NCBI RefSeq assembly: GCF_947258525.1
Contig: NZ_CAMYIP010000015.1
Location: 4,179 to 68,178, forward strand
Length of the DNA: 64,000 bases
Direction: 5' to 3'
Source of the DNA: an uncultured Eudoraea sp.
GTDB lineage: Bacteria; Bacteroidota; Bacteroidia; Flavobacteriales; Flavobacteriaceae
Part shown: positions 1-9,228 of the stretch, one piece after another
Numbering within the stretch: position 1 is the first letter of the stretch
Layout: every line of letters begins with the position of its first letter
The notes under the pieces: generated by a model
Databases searched by the model: none
Seen by the model: the letters and a program-made list of their open reading frames with translations, nothing else
What the model was told of the DNA's origin: nothing
Made by a program: the position numbers and the translations under genes

Positions 1-120
1 ATTCAGAACAGAATTAAATTCGATATTTTCTACGTTGAAAACTGGTCATTTTTTCTCGACATTAAAATTATCATTCAAACTATACTTTTAGGTTTTTCAG
101 GAGACGAGAAGGCCTATTAA
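1..120 (+). CDS. 3' end of a bacterial sugar transferase (polyprenyl-phosphate glycosyl-1-phosphate transferase family), truncated by the window edge
   Basis: Frame 1 is open from base 1 to TAA at 118-120. The translation IQNRIKFDIFYVENWSFFLDIKIIIQTILLGFSGDEKAY carries the C-terminal Y-x-x-NWS-x-x-LD-x-KI signature of this family. Confidence 0.55.
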   Translation: MQNRIKFDIFYVENWSFFLDIKIIIQTILLGFSGDEKAY

Positions 121-151
121 TCTGGAATAGATTGTTCAAAAAACAAAAAAA

Positions 152-1123
152 ATGAAAAAGGTATTAATTACAGGTGCTGCGGGCTTTTTGGGATCTCATT
201 TATGTGATCGTTTTATCAAAGAAGGTTTCCATGTAATTGCAATGGACAACCTTATTACAGGAGATTTAAAAAATATTGAGCACTTATTCCCATTGCAACA
301 ATTTGAATTTTACCATCATGATGTAACGACCTTTGTTCATGTTCCTGGTAAGCTTGATTATATCTTGCATTTTGCTTCCCCCGCCAGCCCGATAGACTAC
401 CTGAAAATTCCTATTGAAACTTTAAAAGTTGGGTCATTAGGCACTCTAAATCTTCTTGGATTAGCTAAAGAAAAGGATGCAACTATCCTTGTCGCTTCTA
501 CTTCTGAAGTTTATGGTGATCCATTGGTTCATCCTCAAAATGAGGATTATTACGGCAACGTAAGTCCGGTTGGCCCAAGAGGTGTCTATGATGAGGCCAA
601 AAGATTTATGGAGTCAATTACTATGGCATACCATCGTTTTCATGGTGTTGACACACGGATTGTTCGTATTTTTAATACCTACGGATCAAGAATGCGACTA
701 AACGACGGGCGGGTTGTTCCGGCATTCATGGGACAGGCACTCAGGGGTGAAGATCTTACGGTTTTTGGAGATGGAAATCAAACCCGTTCATTCTGTTATA
801 TAGATGATCAGGTTGAAGGCATATATAGGTTACTTATGAGTAATTATACAGACCCTATAAATATTGGAAATCCGCATGAAACCACTATAAACGAATTTGC
901 CGAAGAAATAATCAAACTTACCGGGTCAACTCAAAAAATAATCCATAAACCCCTGCCTAAAGATGATCCCATGCAACGGCAACCGGATATTACCAGAGCC
1001 AAAGAAATTTTAAACTGGGAGCCAAAAGTAGAGCGATCTGTAGGACTGAAAAAAGTCTATGAGTACTTTCGTTCTTTATCTCCCGAAGAATTAAAAGTTA
1101 AGGAACATCGCGAATTTTCATAA
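152..1123 (+). CDS. UDP-glucuronate decarboxylase (UDP-xylose synthase)-type NAD-dependent epimerase/dehydratase
   Basis: 323 aa. It has the Rossmann motif GAAGFLGSH, the catalytic YDEAKR (YxxxK), and UXS-like blocks STSEVYGDP and RIFNTYG. The start follows an A-rich leader. Confidence 0.85.
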   Translation: MKKVLITGAAGFLGSHLCDRFIKEGFHVIAMDNLITGDLKNIEHLFPLQQFEFYHHDVTTFVHVPGKLDYILHFASPASPIDYLKIPIETLKVGSLGTLNLLGLAKEKDATILVASTSEVYGDPLVHPQNEDYYGNVSPVGPRGVYDEAKRFMESITMAYHRFHGVDTRIVRIFNTYGSRMRLNDGRVVPAFMGQALRGEDLTVFGDGNQTRSFCYIDDQVEGIYRLLMSNYTDPINIGNPHETTINEFAEEIIKLTGSTQKIIHKPLPKDDPMQRQPDITRAKEILNWEPKVERSVGLKKVYEYFRSLSPEELKVKEHREFS

Positions 1124-1175
1124 ATACCATGACCAATTATTTAGCACATCAATATTTTACCCACACCAGTAACCC

Positions 1176-2447
1176 ATGAATATACTTATATTAGGCTCAG
1201 GCGGCCGGGAGCATACCCTTGCCTGGAAGATTAATCAGACTTCCAAACTAGATAAATTGTTTGTTGCTCCCGGGAATGCAGGTACAGAGGGCATTGCCCA
1301 AAATATTCCCATAGATGTGAATGATTTTGAAGCAATTAAACGAATTGTGAAAAAGGAAGGCATAAATATGGTTGTTGTTGGACCTGAAGATCCTTTGGTT
1401 AACGGAATTCATGATTTCTTTCTTCAGGATCCTGAATTAAAGGATGTTTCAGTGATTGGGCCCGCAAAGAAGGCAGCTACTCTGGAAGGGAGTAAGGAAT
1501 TTGCAAAGCAGTTCATGATAAGGCATAAGATACCTACTGCTTCATATAAGAGTTTTACCTCAGATGAAATTGAAGAAGGACTTCAATTTCTAGACACAAT
1601 AAAGCCGCCTTACGTGCTAAAGGCCGATGGACTTGCCGCAGGTAAAGGGGTTTTAATACTTGAATCTCTGGATGAAGCTAAGAAAGAGCTACGCGACATG
1701 CTTTTAAATGCCAAGTTTGGCAATGCCAGCTCAGTTGTTGTAATTGAAGAGTTTTTATCTGGAATAGAACTTAGTTGTTTTGTCCTCACAGATGGCAAGG
1801 ATTATAAGGTATTACCCATGGCAAAGGATTATAAGCGTATTGGAGAAGGCGATACAGGATTGAATACAGGAGGTATGGGTGCAATATCACCAGTTCCTTT
1901 CGTTACCGAGGAATTCTTAGACAAAGTCCATGAACGTATAATAAAACCTACTATAGAAGGATTACACAAAGACCAACTGCCTTATAAAGGTTTTATTTTT
2001 ATTGGGTTGATAAAAGTGGGGGATGATCCATTTGTTATAGAATACAATGTGCGATTAGGGGACCCGGAAACCGAGGTAGTAATTCCGAGAGTTAAAAACG
2101 ATCTTATTGAACTATTTGATGCAGTGGCTAAAGGCGAACTAAATTCAATTGAACTGGAAATTGATGAAAGAACTGCAACCACGGTTATGCTTGTCTCCGG
2201 GGGTTATCCACAAGCCTATAAAAAGGGTATAGAAATAAATGGGATTGAGGATGTGGAAGATTCTATTGTTTATCACGCAGGCACACAATTAAAAGATGGA
2301 AAAATCCTGACTAACGGTGGCCGCGTTATGGCTATTACTTCCTTTGGAAGTGATTTCAGGGAGGGACTTAGCAAATCGTATCAGAACATTAAAAAAATAA
2401 ACTTTGATAACATGTACTATAGGAAAGATCTTGGCTTTGATCTTTAG
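1176..2447 (+). CDS. purD: phosphoribosylamine--glycine ligase
   Basis: 423 aa. It begins MNILILGSGGREHTLAWK and has an ATP-grasp core (LKADGLAAGKGV, EYNVRLGDPE, GGRVMA). Confidence 0.95.
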   Translation: MNILILGSGGREHTLAWKINQTSKLDKLFVAPGNAGTEGIAQNIPIDVNDFEAIKRIVKKEGINMVVVGPEDPLVNGIHDFFLQDPELKDVSVIGPAKKAATLEGSKEFAKQFMIRHKIPTASYKSFTSDEIEEGLQFLDTIKPPYVLKADGLAAGKGVLILESLDEAKKELRDMLLNAKFGNASSVVVIEEFLSGIELSCFVLTDGKDYKVLPMAKDYKRIGEGDTGLNTGGMGAISPVPFVTEEFLDKVHERIIKPTIEGLHKDQLPYKGFIFIGLIKVGDDPFVIEYNVRLGDPETEVVIPRVKNDLIELFDAVAKGELNSIELEIDERTATTVMLVSGGYPQAYKKGIEINGIEDVEDSIVYHAGTQLKDGKILTNGGRVMAITSFGSDFREGLSKSYQNIKKINFDNMYYRKDLGFDL

Positions 2448-2507
2448 ACTACAGGGATAAAGGTTACCCTCTTGATAAGACTTTACTAAAAACAGGAAAA
2501 AGTATAT

Positions 2508-2729
2508 TTATAAGTAGGAATGTGCAGTAATGTCCTTATCTTCCTCTCCACTATCATCAAACTTTTTAAGTTGCATTAGCCAGTAAACCATGGCTATGGT
2601 TCCCAGAATTACAAAGAGCCAGTTTACAATATTGGAGGTCCACCAGTTAGACATAAATCGAAAAAAATCATAAGGCCAGAACAGTCCGTTCACGAATAAA
2701 TCCTCTATGCCCTCAAAAAATGCTCTCAT
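2508..2729 (-). CDS. small conserved membrane protein (function unknown)
   Basis: 73-aa ATG ORF with a Trp-rich N-terminal part, one clear TM helix (IVNWLFVILGTIAMVYWL) and an acidic tail. An exact -7 box lies 19 nt upstream. Confidence 0.5.
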   Translation of the reverse strand: MRAFFEGIEDLFVNGLFWPYDFFRFMSNWWTSNIVNWLFVILGTIAMVYWLMQLKKFDDSGEEDKDITAHSYL

Positions 2730-2748
2730 CTTGGTTATATTTACATTG

Positions 2749-2756
2749 CAAAAATA
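2749..2756 (-). promoter_or_regulatory. -7 promoter box TAnnTTTG (Bacteroidota sigma-A type) for the 73-aa gene
   Basis: The minus strand reads TATTTTTG, with 19 nt between the G and the ATG at 2729. Confidence 0.4.
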
Positions 2757-2768
2757 TAAAAACCCGGG

Positions 2769-3701
2769 ATGATTTCAGGCATTTTTGGAAAAACAAAACC
2801 AATAAACTTTATAATTCTTCAAGGTTTTTTATTTGTATTCTATTGGTTTGTCAATTTTGTACTCAATGATAACTACTATGAGCCGGAAAAGCTGGTAGTT
2901 AAATTTGTGGTCCTGGGGATTTTATTATTTAGTGTTTTTGCAGTTGATTTTATTGTAAAACGAAATCAGATTACAGCCACAAATTCATTTGCCATACTCT
3001 ATTTTACCCTGTTAATTGTTATTTTTCCTGAAGTCTTGCTGGATGATAATGCCGTTTTTTGCAATTTCTTCCTTTTACTGGCATTAAGGAGACTTATTAG
3101 TTTAAAATCTTTAAAGAATATTAAACTCAAAGTATTTGATGCTACAATATGGACTCTGATTGCAAGCCTTTTTTACGATTGGGCCATATTATACCTCATT
3201 TTGGTTGGGATTGCTATATATTTCTATGAACCCAAGAATATAAAAAATTGGTTGGTTCCTTTGGCAGGGATTTTTACCATAGGCATAATTCTATACTGTT
3301 TTTTACTTATTACGGATAATCTTGCTTTTTTAAGCAGCCATTACCAATTGTCCCTGAAGTTTGATGTTGTGGGATACTGGATGGATAGTACAAAACTTGC
3401 AGTTTATGGCATAATAACATTTATTGGTGCTACGCTGGTATTTATTAAAATGAGTAAATTAGGCATGGGCAAAATAATTACCATGCGTCTTATTGCTATT
3501 TCACTTGTCCTTGGTTTTACCATTACCTTTTTAAAAACCTCTGATGATATTTATCCTGTCTTAATTACCTTCTGTCCGGGAGCAATATTTCTGGCTAAAT
3601 ACGTGGAATTGATTAAAAGAACAACACTCAAAGAAATCGTTTTAATGGTATCTTTAATTGCCCCATTTCTAATTTTGATTACAGAAATGATTGTGAAATA
3701 A
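2769..3701 (+). CDS. polytopic inner-membrane protein (function unknown)
   Basis: 310 aa and almost entirely hydrophobic, with about 8-9 predicted TM segments. It is divergent from the 73-aa gene. Confidence 0.55.
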   Translation: MISGIFGKTKPINFIILQGFLFVFYWFVNFVLNDNYYEPEKLVVKFVVLGILLFSVFAVDFIVKRNQITATNSFAILYFTLLIVIFPEVLLDDNAVFCNFFLLLALRRLISLKSLKNIKLKVFDATIWTLIASLFYDWAILYLILVGIAIYFYEPKNIKNWLVPLAGIFTIGIILYCFLLITDNLAFLSSHYQLSLKFDVVGYWMDSTKLAVYGIITFIGATLVFIKMSKLGMGKIITMRLIAISLVLGFTITFLKTSDDIYPVLITFCPGAIFLAKYVELIKRTTLKEIVLMVSLIAPFLILITEMIVK

Positions 3702-3731
3702 AGGGTATATTTACATTAAAATTAAGCCACT

Positions 3732-4334
3732 ATGTTCAGCAATTTAGCTTTTGGGATATTTGAAGAAAGTATTGTTAAGTATCATATAAAAGATGATGTT
3801 AATCAACCATTCAATAATCCATATCCAAAAGATAGTATTAATCATCTTTTGTATAGAAAAAATTGGATTGATACTGTTCAATGGCATTATGAAGATATTA
3901 TAAGAGATCCTGAGATAGATCCGGAAAAGGCTTTAGAGTTAAAGCGAAAAATAGACGCCAGCAATCAGGATAGAACAGATTTAGTAGAATATATTGATAG
4001 CTATTTTCTAAATAAATACCAAGCGGTACAAACACTTCCAAATGCCAGGATAAATACCGAGACTCCGGCTTGGGCCATTGATCGCCTTTCCATTTTGGCA
4101 TTAAAAATCTATCATATGCATGAAGAAACTGCACGCAAGGATGCGTCGCCCGAACACATTAAGAAATGTGGTGTAAAATTAAAGGTGCTTCTTGAGCAAA
4201 AAGAGGACTTATCTTCTGCAATAGATCAGTTACTTACCGATATTGAACAAGGAGCTATTTTTATGAAGACATACAAGCAAATGAAGATGTACAATGATGA
4301 GGAGTTAAATCCGGTTTTGCGTGGGCAAAAATAA
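3732..4334 (+). CDS. DUF4254 domain-containing protein
   Basis: 200 aa with the block WIDTVQWHYEDIIR and a helical C-terminal half. It sits immediately upstream of, and overlaps, a GT9 gene, which is the usual Bacteroidota arrangement for DUF4254. Confidence 0.6.
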   Translation: MFSNLAFGIFEESIVKYHIKDDVNQPFNNPYPKDSINHLLYRKNWIDTVQWHYEDIIRDPEIDPEKALELKRKIDASNQDRTDLVEYIDSYFLNKYQAVQTLPNARINTETPAWAIDRLSILALKIYHMHEETARKDASPEHIKKCGVKLKVLLEQKEDLSSAIDQLLTDIEQGAIFMKTYKQMKMYNDEELNPVLRGQK

Positions 4335-5370
4335 AATCAAACACCTTTTAGTTATTCGTTTGTCTGCCATGGGCGATGTGGCTATGACAGTTCCTGTTTT
4401 GAGTGCACTTACAACACAACACCCCAATCTGCAGATTACTGTTCTTACAAGAGCCATTTATGGCCCAATGTTTAACTACTTGGCAAATGTTCATGTTTAC
4501 GAAGCAGATGTTAATGGTAAACACAAGGGTATCTTTGGATTGTGGAAATTATTTAAAGAATTGAAAACAATGGGCATTGATGCTGTAGCCGATCTTCACA
4601 ATGTCTTGAGAAGTTCTGTTTTAAGGAGGTTTTTTGTAATAAATAATGTTCCATTTATACAGATTGATAAAGGTAGAACAGAGAAAAAAGCGCTGACTGC
4701 CACAAAAAACAAGGTTTTCAAGCCTTTAAAAACTACTTTTCAGCGTTATGCCGATGTTTTTAATCAACTGGGATTCCCTGTACAGCTTCAAAATGCTCGA
4801 GTGTTGTCAAAAAGAGTATTGCCGGAAAAAGTACAACAGCTAATCAGGCCTGATAACCTAAAATGGATAGGAATAGCCCCATTCGCCACTTACACGGGGA
4901 AAATGTACCCCCTAGACCTTATGGAGAAAGTTATTATTTCCCTAAATAATACCAATAAGTATAAAATAATTCTTTTTGGTGGCGGGGATCATCAAAAGAA
5001 ACAGGCAGAACAATGGTCTGATCTATACAAAAACTGTATAAATACTATTGACATCTTGTCCTTCGAAGACCAATTGGCACTAATATCCAACCTGGATCTT
5101 ATGCTTTCAATGGATAGTGGCAATGGCCATTTGGCAGCAATGTTCAACATACCTACTATTACCCTATGGGGTGTTACGCATCCTTATGCAGGATTTTCAC
5201 CATTCAATCAGGCTTCTGATAACAGTCTTCTCTCAGACAGGAACAAGTTTCCTTTTATTCCAACTTCAATCTATGGAAATAAAACTCCCAGGGGCTATGA
5301 AAATGTGATGTCTACCATTTTACCGGAAACTGTTCTATCCAAAATAACTTCGCTTGTAGAGATAAAGTAA
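4321..5370 (+). CDS. glycosyltransferase family 9 (heptosyltransferase-like)
   Basis: 349 aa. The N-terminal LLVIRLSAMGDV and C-terminal MDSGNGHLAAMFNIPTITLWG are GT9 signatures. A GTG start at 4321 is needed to keep the conserved N-terminus, and it overlaps the upstream CDS by 14 nt. Confidence 0.75.
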   Translation: MGKNKIKHLLVIRLSAMGDVAMTVPVLSALTTQHPNLQITVLTRAIYGPMFNYLANVHVYEADVNGKHKGIFGLWKLFKELKTMGIDAVADLHNVLRSSVLRRFFVINNVPFIQIDKGRTEKKALTATKNKVFKPLKTTFQRYADVFNQLGFPVQLQNARVLSKRVLPEKVQQLIRPDNLKWIGIAPFATYTGKMYPLDLMEKVIISLNNTNKYKIILFGGGDHQKKQAEQWSDLYKNCINTIDILSFEDQLALISNLDLMLSMDSGNGHLAAMFNIPTITLWGVTHPYAGFSPFNQASDNSLLSDRNKFPFIPTSIYGNKTPRGYENVMSTILPETVLSKITSLVEIK

Positions 5371-5376
5371 TTTAGT

Positions 5377-5991
5377 TTATGCAATTTCTTTTGTGGCTAA
5401 AGAACTGAAATAATGCCTTAATTGTTGCATGTACTTATAACGTAAGTTTCTACAGTTACCTTGTACCATTAGGGTTCTTACTCCCATGTATGAGCTAATT
5501 AAATATGTAGCAACTCCTTCACTGTCTACGTGCCTGTCTACATAGCCATCGGACTTTCCTTTTTGAAGGATTGAGACTAAATTTACCTCCCACACCTTAT
5601 AAATATCCATTAAATAATTAGAGATGACAGTATTTCTCCTGTTGAACTCTGAAATAAAGTTGCTAAGGATAAAACCATAGTCCATTTCATTATGTTCAGC
5701 TGTTTCCAAAGCATCTTCAAAACATTTTTCAATCACACGAAAGGGGTTTTCCTTGCCCTCTATTGGTTCAATAAGCATACTGTATACTTTACGAACAATT
5801 AAGTTTTGAACAATACTTACAAAAAAATCTTCTTTTGACTGAAAATGATAGTAAAAAGCTCCCTTTGAAAGAGAAAGTGATTTTAAAATATCATCTATAC
5901 TGGTATTATAATAGCCATTCTTATAGAACAATTCTAATCCAGTAACTTGCATCCGGTGCATGGTAGCCATGCGTTTTAAATTCTTATCCAT
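5377..5991 (-). CDS. TetR/AcrR family transcriptional regulator
   Basis: 204 aa with an N-terminal HTH (TSIDDILKSLSLSKGAFYYHFQSKEDFF) and a helical ligand-domain-sized C-terminus. Confidence 0.85.
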   Translation of the reverse strand: MDKNLKRMATMHRMQVTGLELFYKNGYYNTSIDDILKSLSLSKGAFYYHFQSKEDFFVSIVQNLIVRKVYSMLIEPIEGKENPFRVIEKCFEDALETAEHNEMDYGFILSNFISEFNRRNTVISNYLMDIYKVWEVNLVSILQKGKSDGYVDRHVDSEGVATYLISSYMGVRTLMVQGNCRNLRYKYMQQLRHYFSSLATKEIA

Positions 5992-6015
5992 TAGATTTGG
6001 GTTTTAGGGTTAAAC

Positions 6016-6029
6016 AGACCATCGGGTCT
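6016..6029. promoter_or_regulatory. palindrome AGACC-atcg-GGTCT, candidate TetR operator
   Basis: Perfect 5+5 inverted repeat with a GACC-N4-GGTC core, 25-38 nt upstream of the TetR start codon. Confidence 0.3.
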
Positions 6030-6143
6030 ATAAACAAAGAACCCTTGAAACCCCAGGAAGGTGAATATTAAAGGATGTACGACTTTAAAAATTCGTTAAA
6101 GTGATGAATTCCCGATAAACGGCATATCCAACCTGATTTTTTA

Positions 6144-6159
6144 CCGACCACTTGGTCGG
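6144..6159. promoter_or_regulatory. palindrome CCGACCA-ct-TGGTCGG (same GACC-N4-GGTC core), flanked by T6/A7 runs
   Basis: Perfect 7+7 inverted repeat, extendable to 14+14 with one mismatch. The T-run precedes the stem on both strands, so it does not have terminator geometry. Confidence 0.3.
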
Positions 6160-6571
6160 AAAAAAACATCGACGAATGGTATTTTATTGACTTTTTTAAG
6201 GTTTATGGACCTTAGATTTGCCTAAAAAATTAAAAAAGCAGGATCATTAATTATGTTTTATTGATTTCCTACATGGATTTTTAAGCAGTTAATGCCTAAT
6301 TAGGTGTTTTTATGGGTAAAGTAACTCACGAAGATTGTTTTAAATTACCCGGTAACCCAAAATGAACCAAACAAACTGCTTAGTTTAAAACGGTGCGGTA
6401 AAAATTTCGGATATAAATTGTTATAATGGTTTTTTTGCCCAATCTTCCGGATTAAATGCATTTTTTTAGAGCAACTATTGTATATAAACAATACCTACAA
6501 ACCACTTAGTTTCTAAAATACTGGGTTATCCAATATAATTTTAAACTAAAAAATGCAATCAACTACAACTA

Positions 6572-7621
6572 TTATACATCGTCATAGTCTACTTTTATCG
6601 TTGCCGTTAACGGATGAGCCTGACAAGTGAGGACAAGTCCTTCTGCAATTTCGCTATCAGTAAGAATCTGGTTTTTATCCATTTTCGCTTTACCTTCAGT
6701 AATTCTTGCAATGCATGTACTGCAAACCCCTCCCTGACAAGAATACGGGGCATCGAGATCTTCATCAAGGACAGCATCTAAGATCGTAGAACTCTTATCC
6801 ATACTAAAGGAGTATTCTTCATCGTCTAACAACACTTCTACTGTTGTTTTACCTTCAGGTGATATAGTTTCGGCAGTATCATTTTCCGTTGTAGTAAAAA
6901 GTTCAAAATAAATAACATCCTCAGCTATTCCATTTACTTTTAATGTGTCTCGTGTAAGATTTATCATGTCCTCAGGCCCACATAAGTAGAATGTTTTAAA
7001 TCTTCTTTCTTTAAATTTATTTTTAAGAACAAAATTTATCACAGAAGCATCAATTCTTCCAAACAATGAATCGTCTTCCCTGGCTCTACTATAAACAAAC
7101 TGAACTGTAAACCGGTCTTTATAGTCACTTTTGAGCTCTAAAATTTCATCTAGGAACATCGCTTCAGATTTATTTTGATTTCCAAAGACCAATACAAATG
7201 TATTTTGTGGGTGGCTTTTCAAAACAGTTCTGGCTATGCTCATAATAGGTGTAATGCCACTACCGGCTGCAAAAGCACATATATTTTCCTGTTCTGGAGA
7301 GTTTTTATAAATAAACCGCCCTTCTGGCGGCATTACCAATAATTGGTCTCCTTCGTTGAGTGAAGTATTCGCATACACTGAAAAGCGGCCTTCCGGCACT
7401 TTTTTGATACCTATTGTAATATGTTTGTCTTCCGGACTTGAGGAAATGGAATAGGCCCGCCTGACTTCCTCTCCATTTATTTTGTGTTTAATTGTTATAT
7501 ACTGACCGGCCTCAAAGACAAATATGTTTTCCAGTTCTTTGGGAATAGCGAAACTCAAAGCAACTGAGTTTGGGGTTAATCGGGATATTTTGTCTATTGT
7601 AAGGGAATAAAAATCACTCAT
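6572..7621 (-). CDS. ferredoxin--NAD(P)+ reductase with C-terminal plant-type 2Fe-2S domain (PaaE/oxygenase-reductase family)
   Basis: FAD motif RAYSISS, NAD motif AAGSGITP, and a C-terminal CQGGVCSTCIARI...C cluster. I start it at ATG 7621 (MSDFYSL) because the track's TTG at 7639 lies inside the -7 box. Confidence 0.85.
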   Translation of the reverse strand: MSDFYSLTIDKISRLTPNSVALSFAIPKELENIFVFEAGQYITIKHKINGEEVRRAYSISSSPEDKHITIGIKKVPEGRFSVYANTSLNEGDQLLVMPPEGRFIYKNSPEQENICAFAAGSGITPIMSIARTVLKSHPQNTFVLVFGNQNKSEAMFLDEILELKSDYKDRFTVQFVYSRAREDDSLFGRIDASVINFVLKNKFKERRFKTFYLCGPEDMINLTRDTLKVNGIAEDVIYFELFTTTENDTAETISPEGKTTVEVLLDDEEYSFSMDKSSTILDAVLDEDLDAPYSCQGGVCSTCIARITEGKAKMDKNQILTDSEIAEGLVLTCQAHPLTATIKVDYDDV

Positions 7622-7636
7622 AGTAAAAAATTTGTG

Positions 7637-7644
7637 CAAAATTA
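7637..7644 (-). promoter_or_regulatory. -7 promoter box TAnnTTTG for the reductase gene
   Basis: The minus strand reads TAATTTTG, 15 nt upstream of the ATG at 7621. Confidence 0.4.
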
Positions 7645-7696
7645 AGGATTGCTTTGGATTAATTATGAGAAATTAACTTCTCTTTGTAACAAAAGA

Positions 7697-7704
7697 TAAA
7701 TTTG
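7697..7704 (+). promoter_or_regulatory. -7 promoter box TAnnTTTG for the DUF5687-like/ABC operon
   Basis: TAAATTTG lies 36 nt upstream of the ATG at 7741. Confidence 0.4.
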
Positions 7705-7740
7705 AGGGACTAACTTTCTGGACGAAAAATACCAGCCTTG

Positions 7741-9213
7741 ATGTTCAAACACTTTTTTAAGCTGCAATGGAAGTCATTTTTCAGGGCAGCTTCTTTTAAA
7801 ACAAACCTGGCTTTTAAGATCCTGATGATTTTTGGGGCGCTGTATTTTATTGTCGTATTTCTGGCATTAGGGGTTGGGTCTTATTTTATTATTGAGAAAA
7901 ATGGGCTGGGAGATCCATTGAAGTTTGTCAATAAATACATCATTTATTATCTGGTAATGGATGTCTATATCCGTTATATGCTTCAAAAAATGCCAATTTT
8001 GAACATCAAACCGTTACTTTATTTGCCATTTAAGAAAAGTCAGGTAGTTTCCTATTCCCTTGGGAAGACTGTATTTTCTTTCTTTAATTGGACTCATGCT
8101 TTTTTCTTTTTGCCATTTTCCATAGTTCTTATCATTGAAGGATACAATCCTGCAGGAGTCGTTGGCTGGCATTTAGGAATCATGGCCTTATTTTATTGTA
8201 ATAATTTCATCAACATCATGATGAATAATAAAGACAGTGTTTTTTATCCCTTAGTCGCGATTTTATCAATATTGGCTGTTTGCCAGTATTATGAATGGTT
8301 CGACATTACACTATACACTTCTCCCATTTTTAATTTCTTTTACGATATACCCTGGACTTCTTTAATTTCCTGGGGGGCCTTAATCGGGCTTTATTTGGGA
8401 GCTTTTAACTATTTTAAAAAGAATATGTATCTGGATGCCGGTTTAGCTACAAAACATGATATTGCCAAAACTGAAGATTATACCTGGTTAAATCGGTTTG
8501 GAAACTTAGGAACGTTTCTTAAAAACGACATCAAGCTAATAAGGAGGAATAAACGATCTAAAACTACGGTAATAATGAGTTTTATTTTCCTTTTCTATGG
8601 GCTATTGTTTTTTACTAATAGTATTGAAGCTTATGACAACCCTGTTTGGAAAATTTTCGCAGGCATCTTCGTTTCCGGAGGTTTCTTATTTAGTTTCGGT
8701 CAGTTTGTACCAAGCTGGGATAGTTCTTATTATCCTCTTATGATGAGTCAGAATATACAATACAGGGAATATCTTTCTTCTAAATGGTATCTGATAATAA
8801 TAGCGACAATAATTAGTACAATCCTATCTGTATTCTATCTGTATTTTGGCTTGGATGCTTATTTGGCGGTAATCGTCGGGGCAATTTATAATATTGGGGT
8901 CAATTCTTATCTGGTATTATGGGGAGGGGCCTATATTAAAACGCCGATCGATTTAACTTCTAACAAGAAAGCTTTCGGGGATAAGCAGGCGTTCAATGTG
9001 AAAACACTTCTTCTGACATTGCCAAAATTGTTATTACCTATCGCAATTTATGGGTTAGGCCATTACCTTATTAATCCAACGGCCGGATACATTTTTGTTG
9101 CCCTTACCGGTATATTGGGCTTTGCTTTTAAAAATTTGGTATTCAGAAAGATTGAAAACATATATAAGAAAGAAAAATATAAAACTCTTTTGGCTTATAA
9201 ACAGAAAGCCTGA
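7741..9213 (+). CDS. DUF5687-like polytopic membrane protein, putative permease partner of the downstream ABC ATPase
   Basis: About 490 aa in two hydrophobic halves. Each half is preceded by a basic amphipathic segment (FKHFFKLQWKSFFR and FLKNDIKLIRRNKR). The ATG at 7741 directly follows the track's TTG. Confidence 0.6.
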   Translation: MFKHFFKLQWKSFFRAASFKTNLAFKILMIFGALYFIVVFLALGVGSYFIIEKNGLGDPLKFVNKYIIYYLVMDVYIRYMLQKMPILNIKPLLYLPFKKSQVVSYSLGKTVFSFFNWTHAFFFLPFSIVLIIEGYNPAGVVGWHLGIMALFYCNNFINIMMNNKDSVFYPLVAILSILAVCQYYEWFDITLYTSPIFNFFYDIPWTSLISWGALIGLYLGAFNYFKKNMYLDAGLATKHDIAKTEDYTWLNRFGNLGTFLKNDIKLIRRNKRSKTTVIMSFIFLFYGLLFFTNSIEAYDNPVWKIFAGIFVSGGFLFSFGQFVPSWDSSYYPLMMSQNIQYREYLSSKWYLIIIATIISTILSVFYLYFGLDAYLAVIVGAIYNIGVNSYLVLWGGAYIKTPIDLTSNKKAFGDKQAFNVKTLLLTLPKLLLPIAIYGLGHYLINPTAGYIFVALTGILGFAFKNLVFRKIENIYKKEKYKTLLAYKQKA

Positions 9214-9228
9214 TAAATTAAATTTGAA

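Noticed and set aside
6312-6461. Mini-ORFs in the 580-bp gap: 17 codons on the plus strand (6312-6365) and 38 codons on the minus strand (6345-6461).
   Set aside because: They are short, have no promoter box at a sensible distance, and show no recognisable motif. They cannot be distinguished from chance in AT-rich DNA.
6001-6520. The idea that the 580-bp gap is built from about 128-bp tandem repeats, because both motif pairs are spaced about 126-130 bp apart.
   Set aside because: Apart from the short motifs themselves, the intervening sequences do not align with each other by eye.
9219-9226. Exact TAAATTTG box 2 nt upstream of the ABC ATPase start codon.
   Set aside because: It lies in the 15-nt junction of an obviously coupled gene pair and is too close to the ATG for the usual geometry. 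It is probably a chance match in an A/T-rich junction.
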